Shown here piece after piece: positions 18,972-29,140 of a stretch of 64,000 nt of DNA (positions are counted from its first letter, which is position 1; each line of letters begins with the position of its first letter). Below the pieces are notes generated by a model. That model saw nothing but the letters and a program-made list of their open reading frames with translations, was not told the origin of the DNA and ran no database searches. Source of the stretch: Acidobacteriota bacterium (GTDB lineage: Bacteria > Acidobacteriota > CAIWXX01); the NCBI GenBank assembly GCA_040755995.1, contig JBFMAF010000023.1, positions 32,001 to 96,000 on the forward strand, in the 5' to 3' direction. Position numbers and translations under genes: made by a program.

Positions 18972-20794
18972 CGCGTTTCCTCCTTGTTGGACTTCCAAGT
19001 ATCATTCTCGCCTTCACCGGCGCGTGCCACGCGCACGCTATCAGTGAGGCCCGTCATCGCTGCACAAGTCCGGGGGCGGTCCAGTCCCGGCGTGAATCTC
19101 GGTCCATGCTGCATTCCGCGAGCTCTACGCATGGTCGTCGTCCTCCCAGCCTCGATCTGGCGGAACCGCCTTGCTATCGTGTTGTTCGTCTCATCATCCT
19201 CAGCCACCGTGTTTCCGGCATCGATGACCGCAATGATGTACTTGTGATTGCGCCCCGGAGAAGCTCTGATCTTGAAGGATTCCGATCCGAATGCCGGGAG
19301 ACCGGCGCACTTCAAGGTCTTCACGGGCCTCACCCGGCGTGGCGGCACTATTCCGTTGGAAAGGTACACGTGGACGGTGAATCTCCCCGTGGGGAGTACG
19401 CCGCCGTTGGTTACGACCAAAGTCCCGTTCAATCGCGATCGTACGAGCCCGATGCTGGTCCAGGTTCCCGTCGCGTCCGGTGCATTGGGAGAAACACAGC
19501 CCTTGTTGACCAGCACGACTGTGCTTGCCGGAGCGGCGGCCGACGCAGCACTGACTGAAGACGTTGCAGCTGCCGTCGCAGTCGCCGGAACCGCCGAGTA
19601 GCCAACAGGTTCGGGGGATATCATCGTGTCTTGCGACGGGTATCCTGTGCACACGTCGCCCAGCCACGACGCGTGCATGACGAACTGAGCAAACGGTGTA
19701 GTGTCGGCGGAGCCGGCAACGATGAGCCCCCCGAGAGTGGTGACCCGCATCGCGCCCCCATACTCATCTTCCGGTCCGCCGATCGACTTCTGCCAGGCGA
19801 TCCTTCCGGTTTGATCCAGCTTGACCAACCAGCAGTCACGCGAGGATCCCGTAACCTGGCCGCAGGCGATGTAGCCTCCATCCGGGGCTTCCTGGACACT
19901 CGTGAGCAACGGTCGGGCCGGTTCCGACCACGAAATGTACTTCACCCAGAGTACTCTTCCATTCGCTGTGAGCTTCATGATGAAAGAGTCCAGGTCCGCC
20001 TTTCCGAGCAGTACGTACCCTCCGTCCGTTGCCTGTTGCAGGCCTGTCGCGAGCGCCGGCGGGCCGCCTCCGTACACCATCTGCCATGCCACACTCCCGT
20101 CGGTATTCAGCTTGAGACACCAGAGCTGGTTGGTGGTTTCAGACCTCAGGGAGCCGGCGAGAACAAAGCGGCCGTCTGCAGCCTGCCATATGCCAACTGC
20201 GTTGCTGAAGCTCGATCGTCCGTAGGCATTCTGCCAAAGGACGTTCCCGGCGCCGTCGAGTCTCAGGCACCAGGCGTTCATGATTGTGCCCGGCCCGTAC
20301 GAGGCTGTGGTTCCCGCGACGATAAAGCCCCCGCCTGCGACCGAGTCGCACGCGCTACCGACATCGAAGCCTGGCCCGCCGTGTGTCTTCTGCCAGATCA
20401 CGTTGCCACCCGGGCCCAGCAGAAGGCACCATAGGTCAGCATCCCCGGCCCCGTAAGAATAGGTCTGGCCCACGACGAAGCAACTCCCGTCGTCCAGGGG
20501 CCGGACTTCCTCAAACTTGTCTTTGCTGGAGCCGCCGTATCGATACGACCAGACAACGTTCCCCAGGAAATCCAGCTTCGCGCACCAGGCATCCAGATCG
20601 TCATGAACGCCTGGTGTCGAACCCGCCAGGATGAATCCGCCTTCCGGGAGTTGCCTGATATCCTCGATGTGGTACCCCGCAGGTGGATTAGCCAGGGTTT
20701 CATACCAGCGGGCCGTCGAATGCGCCCCTGCGGCGGACAAGAGGAAGGCGAATGTCATCACACCGGTAATCAGAGCCTTCGGAAGCAAGTTCAT
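18968..20794 (-). CDS. Tandem paralog: secreted beta-propeller protein with CARDB-like domain
   Basis: RBS ggaggag before ATG 20794; same repeats and DAGNTVAEDDETNN; extended C-terminal tail. Confidence 0.85.
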   Translation of the reverse strand: MNLLPKALITGVMTFAFLLSAAGAHSTARWYETLANPPAGYHIEDIRQLPEGGFILAGSTPGVHDDLDAWCAKLDFLGNVVWSYRYGGSSKDKFEEVRPLDDGSCFVVGQTYSYGAGDADLWCLLLGPGGNVIWQKTHGGPGFDVGSACDSVAGGGFIVAGTTASYGPGTIMNAWCLRLDGAGNVLWQNAYGRSSFSNAVGIWQAADGRFVLAGSLRSETTNQLWCLKLNTDGSVAWQMVYGGGPPALATGLQQATDGGYVLLGKADLDSFIMKLTANGRVLWVKYISWSEPARPLLTSVQEAPDGGYIACGQVTGSSRDCWLVKLDQTGRIAWQKSIGGPEDEYGGAMRVTTLGGLIVAGSADTTPFAQFVMHASWLGDVCTGYPSQDTMISPEPVGYSAVPATATAAATSSVSAASAAAPASTVVLVNKGCVSPNAPDATGTWTSIGLVRSRLNGTLVVTNGGVLPTGRFTVHVYLSNGIVPPRRVRPVKTLKCAGLPAFGSESFKIRASPGRNHKYIIAVIDAGNTVAEDDETNNTIARRFRQIEAGRTTTMRRARGMQHGPRFTPGLDRPRTCAAMTGLTDSVRVARAGEGENDTWKSNKEETR

Positions 20795-21572
20795 CTCTCC
20801 TCCATGGACGACCCGCCAACGACTGTGAAGAGGGCCGGCACGAGCTCCATTACACGTGTGCTTCTCTACGGATGTGCTTCTCATGGAAGACCTCCCGTTT
20901 TTCCATTTGTTCCCGACGACCTCTCTGTCCACGCCACCCGTGCCACAAACACCGCGGCACTCGGCGTCGACCACTCGCCTGCACCGACGCGTGCCCATTG
21001 CACGCGATCAAGTGCCTGTCAGCGTCACTCCCCCCCTGTGCACGATCCGTGCCTGCGCCGTTGGCGCGCCGAGGAGTTGTTTTTCAATGCACTATGGCCA
21101 GCAGGGTGGGCATGCCCGGTACTTGAGTACACATCCTTCCGCACTCCTTGGCGGGCTGGACTAACAAAACGTGGCCGAAACGCTGCCATCTCAGGATGTG
21201 TACTGCGGTACTTGGCGTGTGAGTACCTGTGTACTCAGCCAGGACCGTGAGCCGTGTCTGCACAGGTCGCCCCTCCGCAGTGCCCATTCCCAGCGAACGG
21301 TGGTACACGCGTGGCAGTTGGGGATTGTGTATGATTCTCAAGCGATTCGACAACCTACGGCTGATGGGGGCGTGTACCCGGGTATCCAGAGTAGGGTGGG
21401 CTTGACTCGTAACTCATTGAGACCCCTGCACCCTGCCCGGGCGATGGCGCTGGCACGGAACGTGCCTCATGAGGCAGTGAGATGAAGGCACATGATTCGA
21501 AGCGACATCACCCGCACAGGTCCTGGTCGGGTGGTGTCGAAACCCCGAACAGGATTTCAAGGAGGACACGGA

Positions 21573-23315
21573 ATGAACAACCAAGACCTCAGATGGCTTG
21601 ACGGCGCTGGGCGCATCACCCGGGCTGCAGTCTGGGTGGTCTGCTCTCTGTGGGGCTTTCTCTCGATCGGGCTGCAGGCCGAAGCGAGGGAGGTGCGCCC
21701 ATTCTCGGCAGGCAGGCAAGAACTCGTCTTCGATCGGAGCGGCGTGCGCGCGGCATCTGGCAATCAGCTCCTGGGCGCACGCAATCCCAGCATCCCACTC
21801 GCCGTCCCTGGCGAGCTCGCATTGAACACCTTCCTCGGCTCGGTCAAGTACGAGGACGCCTTTTCTGTGGCGATTGATGCAAGTGGGAACGTCTACGTGA
21901 CGGGCCAAAGCTCCGCTTCATGGGGCTCGCCCGTGAGGCCTTTCACGGGGGGAGTTTCTGACGCTTTCGTCGCAAAGCTCAATCCCCAGGGCGAGCTCGT
22001 TTGGAACACGTTCCTGGGCGGGAGCATCAGTGACGCGGGAACCGGCATCGTGGTCGACGCAGGTGGAAACACCTTCGTGACGGGCCACAGCACGTCATCG
22101 TGGGGCACACCCATCAGGCCGTTCTCGTCCGGCGAGGACGGCTTCCTGGCGAGGCTGAGCACGAACGGTGCGCTTCTCTGGAACACGTTCCTGGGAGGCT
22201 CGGGTTATGACTATGCGACTGAGGTGGCCCATGACGGCGTCGGCAATTTCTACATCGCGGGCACGAGCAGCGGCACGTGGGGTTCTCCCGTGACGCCGCG
22301 CGCCGCGCTGGATGATGCCTTTGTGGCGAGAGTTACCGCGAGCGGAATCCTGCTCTGGAACACATTCCTTGGCGGTGCGAATGATGACGGCGCCTCCGGG
22401 ATTGCGACGACGGGATCCGGGTATGTGTACGTTGCAGGCGGGAGCGATGCCTCCTGGGGCTCACCTCTGCGGCCGTACACTGCGAATAGTGACGCGTTCG
22501 TTGCGATGCTGAATCCCTATGGCTCGCTTATCTGGGGCACGTTCCTCGGGGGCTCGGGAGATGACAGGGGCCGAGGGATCGCGCTGGACAAGCTTGGATG
22601 CGTCTGGATAACAGGTCGGAGCGGCGCCACGTGGGGCGCGCCGACTCGTGCGTACACGGCATCCACGGACGCGTTTGTAGCGAAGCTGGATTCCTTCGGA
22701 ACGCTCTACTGGAACACGTTCCTGGGTGGCACGGGTAGTGACAGCGGCCACTGCATTGCGGTGGACGGCACAGGGAGTGCTGCCTACGTGGTGGGCGAGA
22801 GTAGTGCCACCTGGGGTGCGCCTGTCAGGCCGTACACGCCGAGCCCACGTGAGGCCTTCGCCGCGAAATTGGATGCCGGCGGATCGCTCGGCTGGAACAC
22901 ATTCCTCGGAGGGAGCGACTATGACGAAGGCAGAGCAATCGCATCCGACGCAGGCGGGAACCTGTGGGTATGCGGCGGGAGCGAAGCCACATGGGGTTCG
23001 CCCGTGCAGCCGTTCATTGGAGAAAAAGATGCGTTCGTCGCCAAGCTGGCGGTATCGGCCGGCGGGCCGACGATCAAGAAAGTAACGTCGAAGCGAGCCA
23101 CCCGCGGCAGTCCGGCGACGATCACCGGCACCGGCTTCTCGACCAATAAGACCGACAACGTCGTCTACTTCGGCGGCAAGAAGGCCGACATCAAGAGGGC
23201 CAGGGCCAAGAGGCTGAATGTGAATATCCCAAGCAAGTGCAAGAAAGGTTCGGTCGATGTCTATGTCGAGGTGAAGGGAGTCAAGAGCAACGTCGTGAAG
23301 TTCACGGTCAAATAG
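21573..23315 (+). CDS. Secreted SBBP-repeat protein with basic C-terminal IPT/TIG domain
   Basis: RBS ggagga; SBBP repeats; C-terminus GPTIKK...GTGFS...VYFG...KFTVK. Confidence 0.88.
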   Translation: MNNQDLRWLDGAGRITRAAVWVVCSLWGFLSIGLQAEAREVRPFSAGRQELVFDRSGVRAASGNQLLGARNPSIPLAVPGELALNTFLGSVKYEDAFSVAIDASGNVYVTGQSSASWGSPVRPFTGGVSDAFVAKLNPQGELVWNTFLGGSISDAGTGIVVDAGGNTFVTGHSTSSWGTPIRPFSSGEDGFLARLSTNGALLWNTFLGGSGYDYATEVAHDGVGNFYIAGTSSGTWGSPVTPRAALDDAFVARVTASGILLWNTFLGGANDDGASGIATTGSGYVYVAGGSDASWGSPLRPYTANSDAFVAMLNPYGSLIWGTFLGGSGDDRGRGIALDKLGCVWITGRSGATWGAPTRAYTASTDAFVAKLDSFGTLYWNTFLGGTGSDSGHCIAVDGTGSAAYVVGESSATWGAPVRPYTPSPREAFAAKLDAGGSLGWNTFLGGSDYDEGRAIASDAGGNLWVCGGSEATWGSPVQPFIGEKDAFVAKLAVSAGGPTIKKVTSKRATRGSPATITGTGFSTNKTDNVVYFGGKKADIKRARAKRLNVNIPSKCKKGSVDVYVEVKGVKSNVVKFTVK

Positions 23316-23877
23316 GAAACGGTTGTGTGGGTCGGCGGCAAGGTGCACTTGAACAAAGTGGGTCAGACGTGATCGGAGTGGCGCGACTCCAGGTCGAAGG
23401 AATCTACCGCCAGCGTCAAGAAGGGCGTCGCCCTCTCGACATCGGAGCGGTACACAGGGGGGGACGCGGAGAATCGGATGGCATCTCTTCACCGCATCTC
23501 CGCGTCGCATCTCTCGCGGACAACCACTCATAGGCCCGAACACCCACACATCCAAGAGAAGTCCGCGATTCAAATCAACGCGGCGCTCGCCCGGGTCGTC
23601 TGCGCTCCGGCCATGGTAGTCGCCCTATAGGTCGTCTGGTCTTCTTAGTGGTCAGGGTCACACAGACACGGATGGCCGCCCCGGCTGCAAGAGCCGTCCC
23701 CTGAACCGGCGCTGCATTCCGACCAGCGGTGAGATGGTTCCCTGCCATGGAATCTGCGATGCTTGACATGCCGGCCAACCGTGCGTAGATTCTGCACGGG
23801 ATACCACACATGCGGCGGGGGCAGGCATCAGTTTCCAGGTCGGGCGATCCCGATCGCCTGTTCGGGAGAATGACGCC

Positions 23878-26304
23878 TTGAGCCTTGTCGGCATGACCTT
23901 CGGACACATCCGCATCACGAGCCCGCTAGGGCGTGGTGCGATGGGAGAGGTCTGCGAGGGCTTTGATGATGTACTGAAGCGCAAGGTGGCCGTCAAGGCG
24001 ATGCAGGCCGGCCACCGGATGGACACGCAATCGAAGATGCGGTTCCTGCGTGAGGCCCGCATCCTTTCGCAGCTCGACCACCCCAATATCTGCCGCGTCT
24101 ATGATTTCGTCGAGAGCGATGAGGTGGATTTGCTCGTGCTCGAGTTCATCGAGGGGAAGAGCCTGAGGCAAGTCATCAGAGACGGGGCCCTGTATTCACG
24201 GCAGCGCGCGCGCATTGCCGACCAGATCGCAATGGCACTCCAGGCCGCCCACGCCATGAGCGTCGTCCACCGCGATCTCAAGCCCGACAACATCATGATC
24301 ACGCCTGAAGGGCAGGTCAAGGTACTCGACTTCGGGCTCGCTCGGACCGTGAGCCAGGTCGAGCCCAGGCCGGCGCCGGTGATCGGCTCGGAGGGGACGG
24401 TTGCAGCGGGTGCAGAGCGCGCTGGCGATTCCGGCACTGCAGCCAGACCCACCGACACCGCCGACTTCGGCCTCGTTCACCGCGGCAAATCAGCACCGGA
24501 GCCCAGTGCCTTCGTGAGTGCGCCGGGCGCCGCGGGAGCAGGGGGAGTGTCTCTCTGGACCACGGGCATGCTCGGGACCAGGGCCGCCGGTGTGATCGGA
24601 ACACCGAGCTACATGAGCCCGGAGCAGGCACGCGGCGAGGCCGTCACCGCTGCGAGCGACATGTACTCGTTCGGCCTCATTCTGCAAGAGCTCTTCACGG
24701 GCCGGCCACCCTACGAGGACGGTCTGACCATGGGAGAGATGCTGGAGAAGGCTAGTCACGGCGAAAGCCTCCCGGTCAAGGACCTCGACGCCGACCTCGC
24801 CAGGTTGATCCTGCAACTCAAATCGTACTCGCCCGCCTCCCGCCCGACGGCTGTAGCCGCGGCAGAGAGTCTGCGTTGGATATGGGAGAAGCCCAGAAGG
24901 CGAGTGAGACGCCTCGCGGTCGCGGCTCTGGGCGTGGTACTGGCAGCGGCTACTGTGATCTCCACGCTCGGCTTCATCGAGGCGAGGCGCGCACAGGCCC
25001 GTGCTGAGGCCTCGGAGAAGGCGGCCACGCAGGCGCAGGCCGAGGCCGAGGCAATCAACAAGTTCCTGCGGGACATGCTCGCCAGCGCCGACCCGAATGC
25101 TATGGGCATCGACGTGAAGGTGATCGACGTGCTCGATTCCGCCACGGAGCAGGCCAGGAGCCTGCTGGCACACCCCTTGCGGATGGCCGCGGCGCTCGAC
25201 ACGCTCGGCGTGACGTATCACTCACTCGGCGAGTACCCCAAAGCTGAAGCGCTGCTCGGCGACGCCCTGGCGATCCGTCGCAGGGAACACGGATTGGCAC
25301 ACTCGCAAACGCTCTCGACCCTGCATCAGCTTGGGGCTCTGCGTGAGAGCCAGGGTCAGTACGAGGAAGCCGAGAGGCTGCTGCGCGGAAGCATGCGATT
25401 GCGCCAGCTTCTGCTCGGACCTGAAAGCTCAGAGGCGGTCGACTCGATGGCGGCTCTCGGTGCAGTCCTCGCACGCAGCCGCCGTTTCGAAGAGTCTGAA
25501 ATCCTTCTCCGGCGTGTGCTGGACATCCGAGAACGGATTCTGGGGCCGGACCATCCTGAGACGCTCGACGCCATGACTGAACTCGGGGGTAGTTACACTG
25601 TGAGGTACCCCATGACAGAGGAGGACCACGCGGAGTCCGAGAGACTGCTTCGCGAGAGTCTCGAGAGAAAGCGCCGCGTGCTCGGCGTTGCGCACCCATC
25701 CACCGCTCGAAATGTCAGGATCCTCGGCGCGCTGTACTACATCCAGAACAGGCTGGATGAAGCCGAGGCGCTCCTGCGGGAGTCCCGATCGTTCTCAGAG
25801 CAGAAATTCGGTGAGAATCATCCGTACACATTGAGCGCGACAATGAACATGGGGGTGCTGCTCAATACTCGCAAGAAGTACGCCGAGGCCGAGCCCCTCC
25901 TTCGTGACGTGCTCGCCCGCCAGCAGAACTTGTTGGGGCCCGCCCACCCCAGCTGCCTCAGCACGATGGCAAGCCTGGGGTCCTCGCTAAAGAACCAGGG
26001 GAAATTGAGGGAGGCCGAAGCGATCTATCGCGGGCGGTGGAAGATCGCTCGGGATGCGCTTGGGGAGGAACATCGGGCGGCTCTGGAGACGATGAGCGGC
26101 GTCGCATCGTTCCTGCTGGGGCAGAAGCGCCATTCCGAGGCCGAGGTGCTCTACCGGAAGGCGCTGGAGGTTCGCACGCGTAAGTACGGGTGGGACAATG
26201 AAGCGACGCTGCGATCGAGGCGGGACCTTGCGCGGCTCCTCAGGGAGACGAACCGCGCCGAAGAGGCCGCCAAGATCGCGCCACCGCCTGATTGGGGCGG
26301 CTAG
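23878..26304 (+). CDS. Ser/Thr protein kinase with TM helix and kinesin-light-chain-like TPR repeats
   Basis: LGRGAMGEV, HRDLKPDN, DFG, GTPSYMSPEQ; repeats LG.DHP.TL. Confidence 0.92.
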   Translation: MSLVGMTFGHIRITSPLGRGAMGEVCEGFDDVLKRKVAVKAMQAGHRMDTQSKMRFLREARILSQLDHPNICRVYDFVESDEVDLLVLEFIEGKSLRQVIRDGALYSRQRARIADQIAMALQAAHAMSVVHRDLKPDNIMITPEGQVKVLDFGLARTVSQVEPRPAPVIGSEGTVAAGAERAGDSGTAARPTDTADFGLVHRGKSAPEPSAFVSAPGAAGAGGVSLWTTGMLGTRAAGVIGTPSYMSPEQARGEAVTAASDMYSFGLILQELFTGRPPYEDGLTMGEMLEKASHGESLPVKDLDADLARLILQLKSYSPASRPTAVAAAESLRWIWEKPRRRVRRLAVAALGVVLAAATVISTLGFIEARRAQARAEASEKAATQAQAEAEAINKFLRDMLASADPNAMGIDVKVIDVLDSATEQARSLLAHPLRMAAALDTLGVTYHSLGEYPKAEALLGDALAIRRREHGLAHSQTLSTLHQLGALRESQGQYEEAERLLRGSMRLRQLLLGPESSEAVDSMAALGAVLARSRRFEESEILLRRVLDIRERILGPDHPETLDAMTELGGSYTVRYPMTEEDHAESERLLRESLERKRRVLGVAHPSTARNVRILGALYYIQNRLDEAEALLRESRSFSEQKFGENHPYTLSATMNMGVLLNTRKKYAEAEPLLRDVLARQQNLLGPAHPSCLSTMASLGSSLKNQGKLREAEAIYRGRWKIARDALGEEHRAALETMSGVASFLLGQKRHSEAEVLYRKALEVRTRKYGWDNEATLRSRRDLARLLRETNRAEEAAKIAPPPDWGG

Positions 26305-26543
26305 CTTGCAGCCCCCGCCGCGCGCACCCGAGAACAACCAGCTCCATCTGGGTCGAACCGCGGGCGCTCTGCCTGATTCGTCGGGACATCCGCCAGCATC
26401 TCCCCTCACTGTCGAGTAGACGACACTCCACGGCCACACCGGCCCTCAGAGCTGCAGAGTGACCCGTTGCCGGCTCCGGCGATTGCTCATGTGCTTCGTT
26501 GCAGAGTGGTCTCCAGTGCTTGACATGCCAACCACGCCTGCGT

Positions 26544-26696
26544 AGACACCTCCGCCAATCCGACAGGATGGGACGGATTCCGGCGCCCTCGCGTCGGTGA
26601 AGACAAGCAGGGCGTTTGTCGGCTCCGTCCAATGGCAAGAAGGTCTCGAATAGCCAGGTGGTCAAGTACACCCAGGAGCGCGTGCCGGCTTTCGGA
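26544..26696 (+). pseudogene. Internally deleted fragment of a paralog of the 14447-16009 gene
   Basis: 26544-26576 matches ~14956-14988, joined directly to sequence matching ~15300-15421. Confidence 0.8.
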
Positions 26697-26949
26697 GGAC
26701 GGTCCCAGGAGAAACAAACCAGTCTTCAGAAGTGGATCGAAGCGAGGGCCCGACAGCGCGCTGCACGTGGACGGCCTACCTGCGTGCGAGTCGGCCGCCG
26801 GTGAGCGCCAACGTTCGGCATACAAGTCTCTCGCACGCCTGAGAAGGAGCCCACCGACTACTTGTTGTCGTGAAATCGGCATCACCGCCTCCAGCAGGTC
26901 GCCGGGCGGCTGTGTCTCGCGGTAGCCTCCAGCACTCCTGTAAGATTGC

Positions 26950-26984
26950 ATTGCATTCTTACATTCATTGTGTAAGAATGCAAT
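26950..26984. promoter_or_regulatory. Perfect 14-bp inverted repeat, probable operator
   Basis: ATTGCATTCTTACA-ttcattg-TGTAAGAATGCAAT, ending 3 nt before ATG 26988. Confidence 0.7.
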
Positions 26985-26987
26985 ACC

Positions 26988-28166
26988 ATGGAAACGCTGT
27001 TTCCACGACTACTCGAACTGCCGAAACGGTCTTTCTTCCTCTTCGGGCCTCGGGGAGTGGGGAAGAGCACGTGGCTCAGGCACGTACTGCCGGACGCGGT
27101 CCGGCTTGACCTTCTGGATGCGAGCCTGTTCCTGGAGCTCAATCGCGATCCGCACGTGCTGGAGGGGCTCGTCGGGCGCCGGCCCGCGCAGTCGTGGGTG
27201 GTCATCGATGAGATTCAGAAGTGCCCTGCGCTGCTGGACGAAGTGCAGCGCCTGTTGACCGACCGGCGCTGGCGGTTTGCACTCTGCGGCTCGTCCGCGC
27301 GAAAGCTGCGGCGAGGCGGCGCGAATCTGCTGGCCGGCCGCGCCCTGACGCGCCGGATGCTGCCTTTCGTGTCCGCGGAAGTCGGAGACGCTTTCGATTT
27401 CCATCGCGCGATCGAGTGGGGGAATCTCCCTTACGTCCTGCAGGATCTGCCCGGCGCGCCGGACATCCTGAGCGCGTATGTCAACACGTATCTGAAGGAG
27501 GAGATCCGGGAAGAGGGCGCGGTGCGCCGATTGGAGCCGTTCGTGCGGTTCCTGTCGGTGGCGGGGATGTTGAGCGGCCGGGCCGTCAGCGGGCAGAATA
27601 TCGCTCGCGAAGCTGCGGTCTCGCGGAGCACTGTCGACAACTACTTTGCCGTACTCGAGGACACGCTCATCGGGACATTCCTGCCTGCGTACCGGCCGGC
27701 TGTGAAGGTGAGGGAGCGAGCGCACCCCAAGTTCTACTGGTTCGACCCCGGCGTGGCACGCGCGGCGGCAGGACTTCAGCGACAGACGCCGGACGGCGAC
27801 TGGCTCGGCCGCTCGCTGGAGACGCTGGTGCTGCATGAGATGCGGGTCTACAACGAGGTGAGCGGCAAGCAGTGCCCCCTGGCCTTCTATCGCACACCAG
27901 CCGGAGTCGAGATCGACTTTGTCATCGAGACGCGACGCCGGACAATGTCGACACCGGGGCGCGTCGTCTGCGTGGAGGTAAAGCTGGCCGGGAAGTGGGA
28001 TCGGCGCTGGGAACAGCCGCAGCGTGACCTCGCGGCGCAATCGGGGCTTCGTGTCGATCGCATGATCGGGGTGTACACAGGCACGCGGTCGTATTCTTTC
28101 GGCGAATTCGACGTCCTGCCGGTCGAGAGCTTCCTCCGGCGTCTCCACGCCGGCCAGATCTTCTGA
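26988..28166 (+). CDS. AAA+ ATPase (AAA_14) with DUF4143 and C-terminal PD-(D/E)XK-like motif
   Basis: GPRGVGKST, VIDEIQK, GSSARKL, LLAGRA, PKFYWFDPGV, EIDFVI...VEVK. Confidence 0.9.
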   Translation: METLFPRLLELPKRSFFLFGPRGVGKSTWLRHVLPDAVRLDLLDASLFLELNRDPHVLEGLVGRRPAQSWVVIDEIQKCPALLDEVQRLLTDRRWRFALCGSSARKLRRGGANLLAGRALTRRMLPFVSAEVGDAFDFHRAIEWGNLPYVLQDLPGAPDILSAYVNTYLKEEIREEGAVRRLEPFVRFLSVAGMLSGRAVSGQNIAREAAVSRSTVDNYFAVLEDTLIGTFLPAYRPAVKVRERAHPKFYWFDPGVARAAAGLQRQTPDGDWLGRSLETLVLHEMRVYNEVSGKQCPLAFYRTPAGVEIDFVIETRRRTMSTPGRVVCVEVKLAGKWDRRWEQPQRDLAAQSGLRVDRMIGVYTGTRSYSFGEFDVLPVESFLRRLHAGQIF

Positions 28167-28195
28167 GACGAAGCCCGGGCCGGCGTCGCGACGCC

Positions 28196-28861
28196 CTACC
28201 GCTGACCTTCGCGCTCCAGCTCGAATACGAACTGTTGGGCCAGCAGCGACGGCCATGCCCGGCAGAGCGCATAATCGAGCCATTTCAGCGGGAACACGCG
28301 GTAGAGCCCGTACGGAAGCACGCTTGGAGTGACTGTCATGCGCCTCGTGCGCAGGCCGAGGCGCCGGAACATCTGCTGGGCAGTCCGCTTCGTGAAGAAG
28401 CGCAGGTGGGACTCATCGAGTATGCCGACCTGCTCGTACTCGAATCGGCCGGCCAGCAGCGACAGGCGTATCTTCCAATTGGCGATGTTTGGGATTGAAC
28501 AGAGAATCCGGCCGCCGTCCCGGAGATACGGGAAGAACTTCCGAACGTTGTCGTCGGGCCTAACGGTGTGCTCGAGCACGTCCGCGAAGATGATGTAATC
28601 GAAGACCCTGGCGCAGTCGAGCGACTCGATCGTGTCGATGTCGGCATTCCATACCCGCTCGCAGTACCGTGCGGCATCGCCCGCAGCCTCGGCAGACACA
28701 TCGATACCGAGGACGCGACAATCTCGGCGCTTCAGCTCGGCCGCGAGGTACCCCGTGGCGCATCCGACATCCAAGACGCACGAGCCGTCAGGAACCATCT
28801 CCAGAATGCGTTGGTTGGCGCTGAAGGGGCTCGGGTCGATGCGGGCATACTTGGCTGTCAT
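28196..28861 (-). CDS. Class I SAM-dependent methyltransferase (glycan-associated type)
   Basis: VLDVGCATG, FDYIIFADVLEH, SIPNIA, GILDESHLRFFT. Confidence 0.9.
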   Translation of the reverse strand: MTAKYARIDPSPFSANQRILEMVPDGSCVLDVGCATGYLAAELKRRDCRVLGIDVSAEAAGDAARYCERVWNADIDTIESLDCARVFDYIIFADVLEHTVRPDDNVRKFFPYLRDGGRILCSIPNIANWKIRLSLLAGRFEYEQVGILDESHLRFFTKRTAQQMFRRLGLRTRRMTVTPSVLPYGLYRVFPLKWLDYALCRAWPSLLAQQFVFELEREGQR

Positions 28862-29140
28862 CGGGATCTCACAACGATTCGCCGGGCCTGGGCATCGGAG
28901 GGTGTGCTTGGCGGATCTGCGGGAGGCCCTGGTTGAAGCCCGCGATTCGTACCCGTGCCCCTACCCGTGCCCGATCCCTCCTTCCCAGGTACGCGAACGG
29001 GTCCGCGTTGACAAGTCAGTCTCGTCGCCCCCAAATCCGTCATGCGCCGCATCGGAGGCAGGGTATTCCAAATCAGTGGAGAATGCGGTACTATCATTGT
29101 GCTGGATAGAGAATCAGCCACGCAGACTGAGGAGGGCATA

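Noticed and set aside
17140..21545. Weaker matches to the ECF-like motif upstream of the 17101, 20794 and 21573 genes (also near 2776)
   Set aside because: Spacing or half-sites deviate too much to call by eye
26544..26696. Repeat pair with 15300-15421 as a DGR TR/VR
   Set aside because: Mismatches are not adenine-specific, and the copy includes an indel and a large deletion junction
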